Assembly: GCA_030324005.1 (NCBI GenBank)
Contig: JARDVH010000025.1
Location: 56,719,978 to 56,783,977 of the forward strand
Length of the DNA stretch: 64,000 nucleotides
DNA from: Negaprion brevirostris
Lineage: Eukaryota
Direction: 5' to 3'
In this document: positions 63,630-64,000 of the stretch, in pieces
Numbering within the stretch: the first letter of the stretch is position 1
Layout of the letters: every line of letters starts with the position of its first letter
Position numbers and translations under genes: made by a program
The notes under the pieces: model-generated
Seen by the model: the letters and a program-made list of their open reading frames with translations, nothing else
Told to the model about the DNA's origin: nothing
Databases searched by the model: none

Positions 63630-64000
63630 AACTAGATTAGGACTTTATTCCCTGGAGCATAGAAGAATGAAAGGAGGTTTCATAGAGGTGTATAAAATTA
63701 TGATGGGTATAGATAGAGTGAATGCAAGCAGGCTTTTTTCACTGAGGCTAGGTGAGGAAAAAACTAGAGGGCATGGGTTAACGGTGAAGGGGGAAAAGTT
63801 TAAAGGGAATATTAAAAGGGGCTTCTTCACACAGAGTGTGGTGGGAGTGTGGAATGAGCTGCCAGACAAAGTGGTAAATGCGGGCTCACTTTTAACATTC
63901 AAGAAAAACTTGAATAGGTACATGGATGAGAGGGGTGTGGAGAGATATGGTCCAGGTGCAGGTCAGTGGGACTAGGCAGAAAAATGGTTTGGCAGAGCCA
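63630..64000 (+). mobile_element. Well-preserved CR1/HER1 ORF2 C-terminus
   Basis: Open frame RLGLYSLEHRRMKGGFIEVYKIMMGIDRV...TRGHGL...FFTQSVVGVWNELP...FKKNLNRYM. Confidence 0.93.

Overview
Eukaryotic, repeat-rich, gapped scaffold DNA from a cartilaginous fish, most likely a shark (inferred from HE1-type V-SINEs, Deu-domain SINEs and CR1/HER1-like LINEs). The only host coding sequence I can support is one 95-bp minus-strand exon (13583-13677) that the ORF track misses. It encodes [31 protein letters not shown](S), a GH47 Golgi alpha-1,2-mannosidase segment most like MAN1A1, so the rest of the window is probably two large introns. These contain decayed CR1, Rex1/Babar-like, L2 and other LINEs, three SINE types, Penelope-like remnants (one with an intact-looking minimal hammerhead ribozyme motif), a Buster/Charlie-type hAT transposase fossil, a possible Harbinger fossil, candidate solo LTRs, MITEs, local duplications and several repeat-free enhancer-like islands. 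I found no convincing previously undescribed biological system. The best leads are listed with modest interest scores. Repeat boundaries are by eye and approximate, and family names come from remembered motifs, not database searches.
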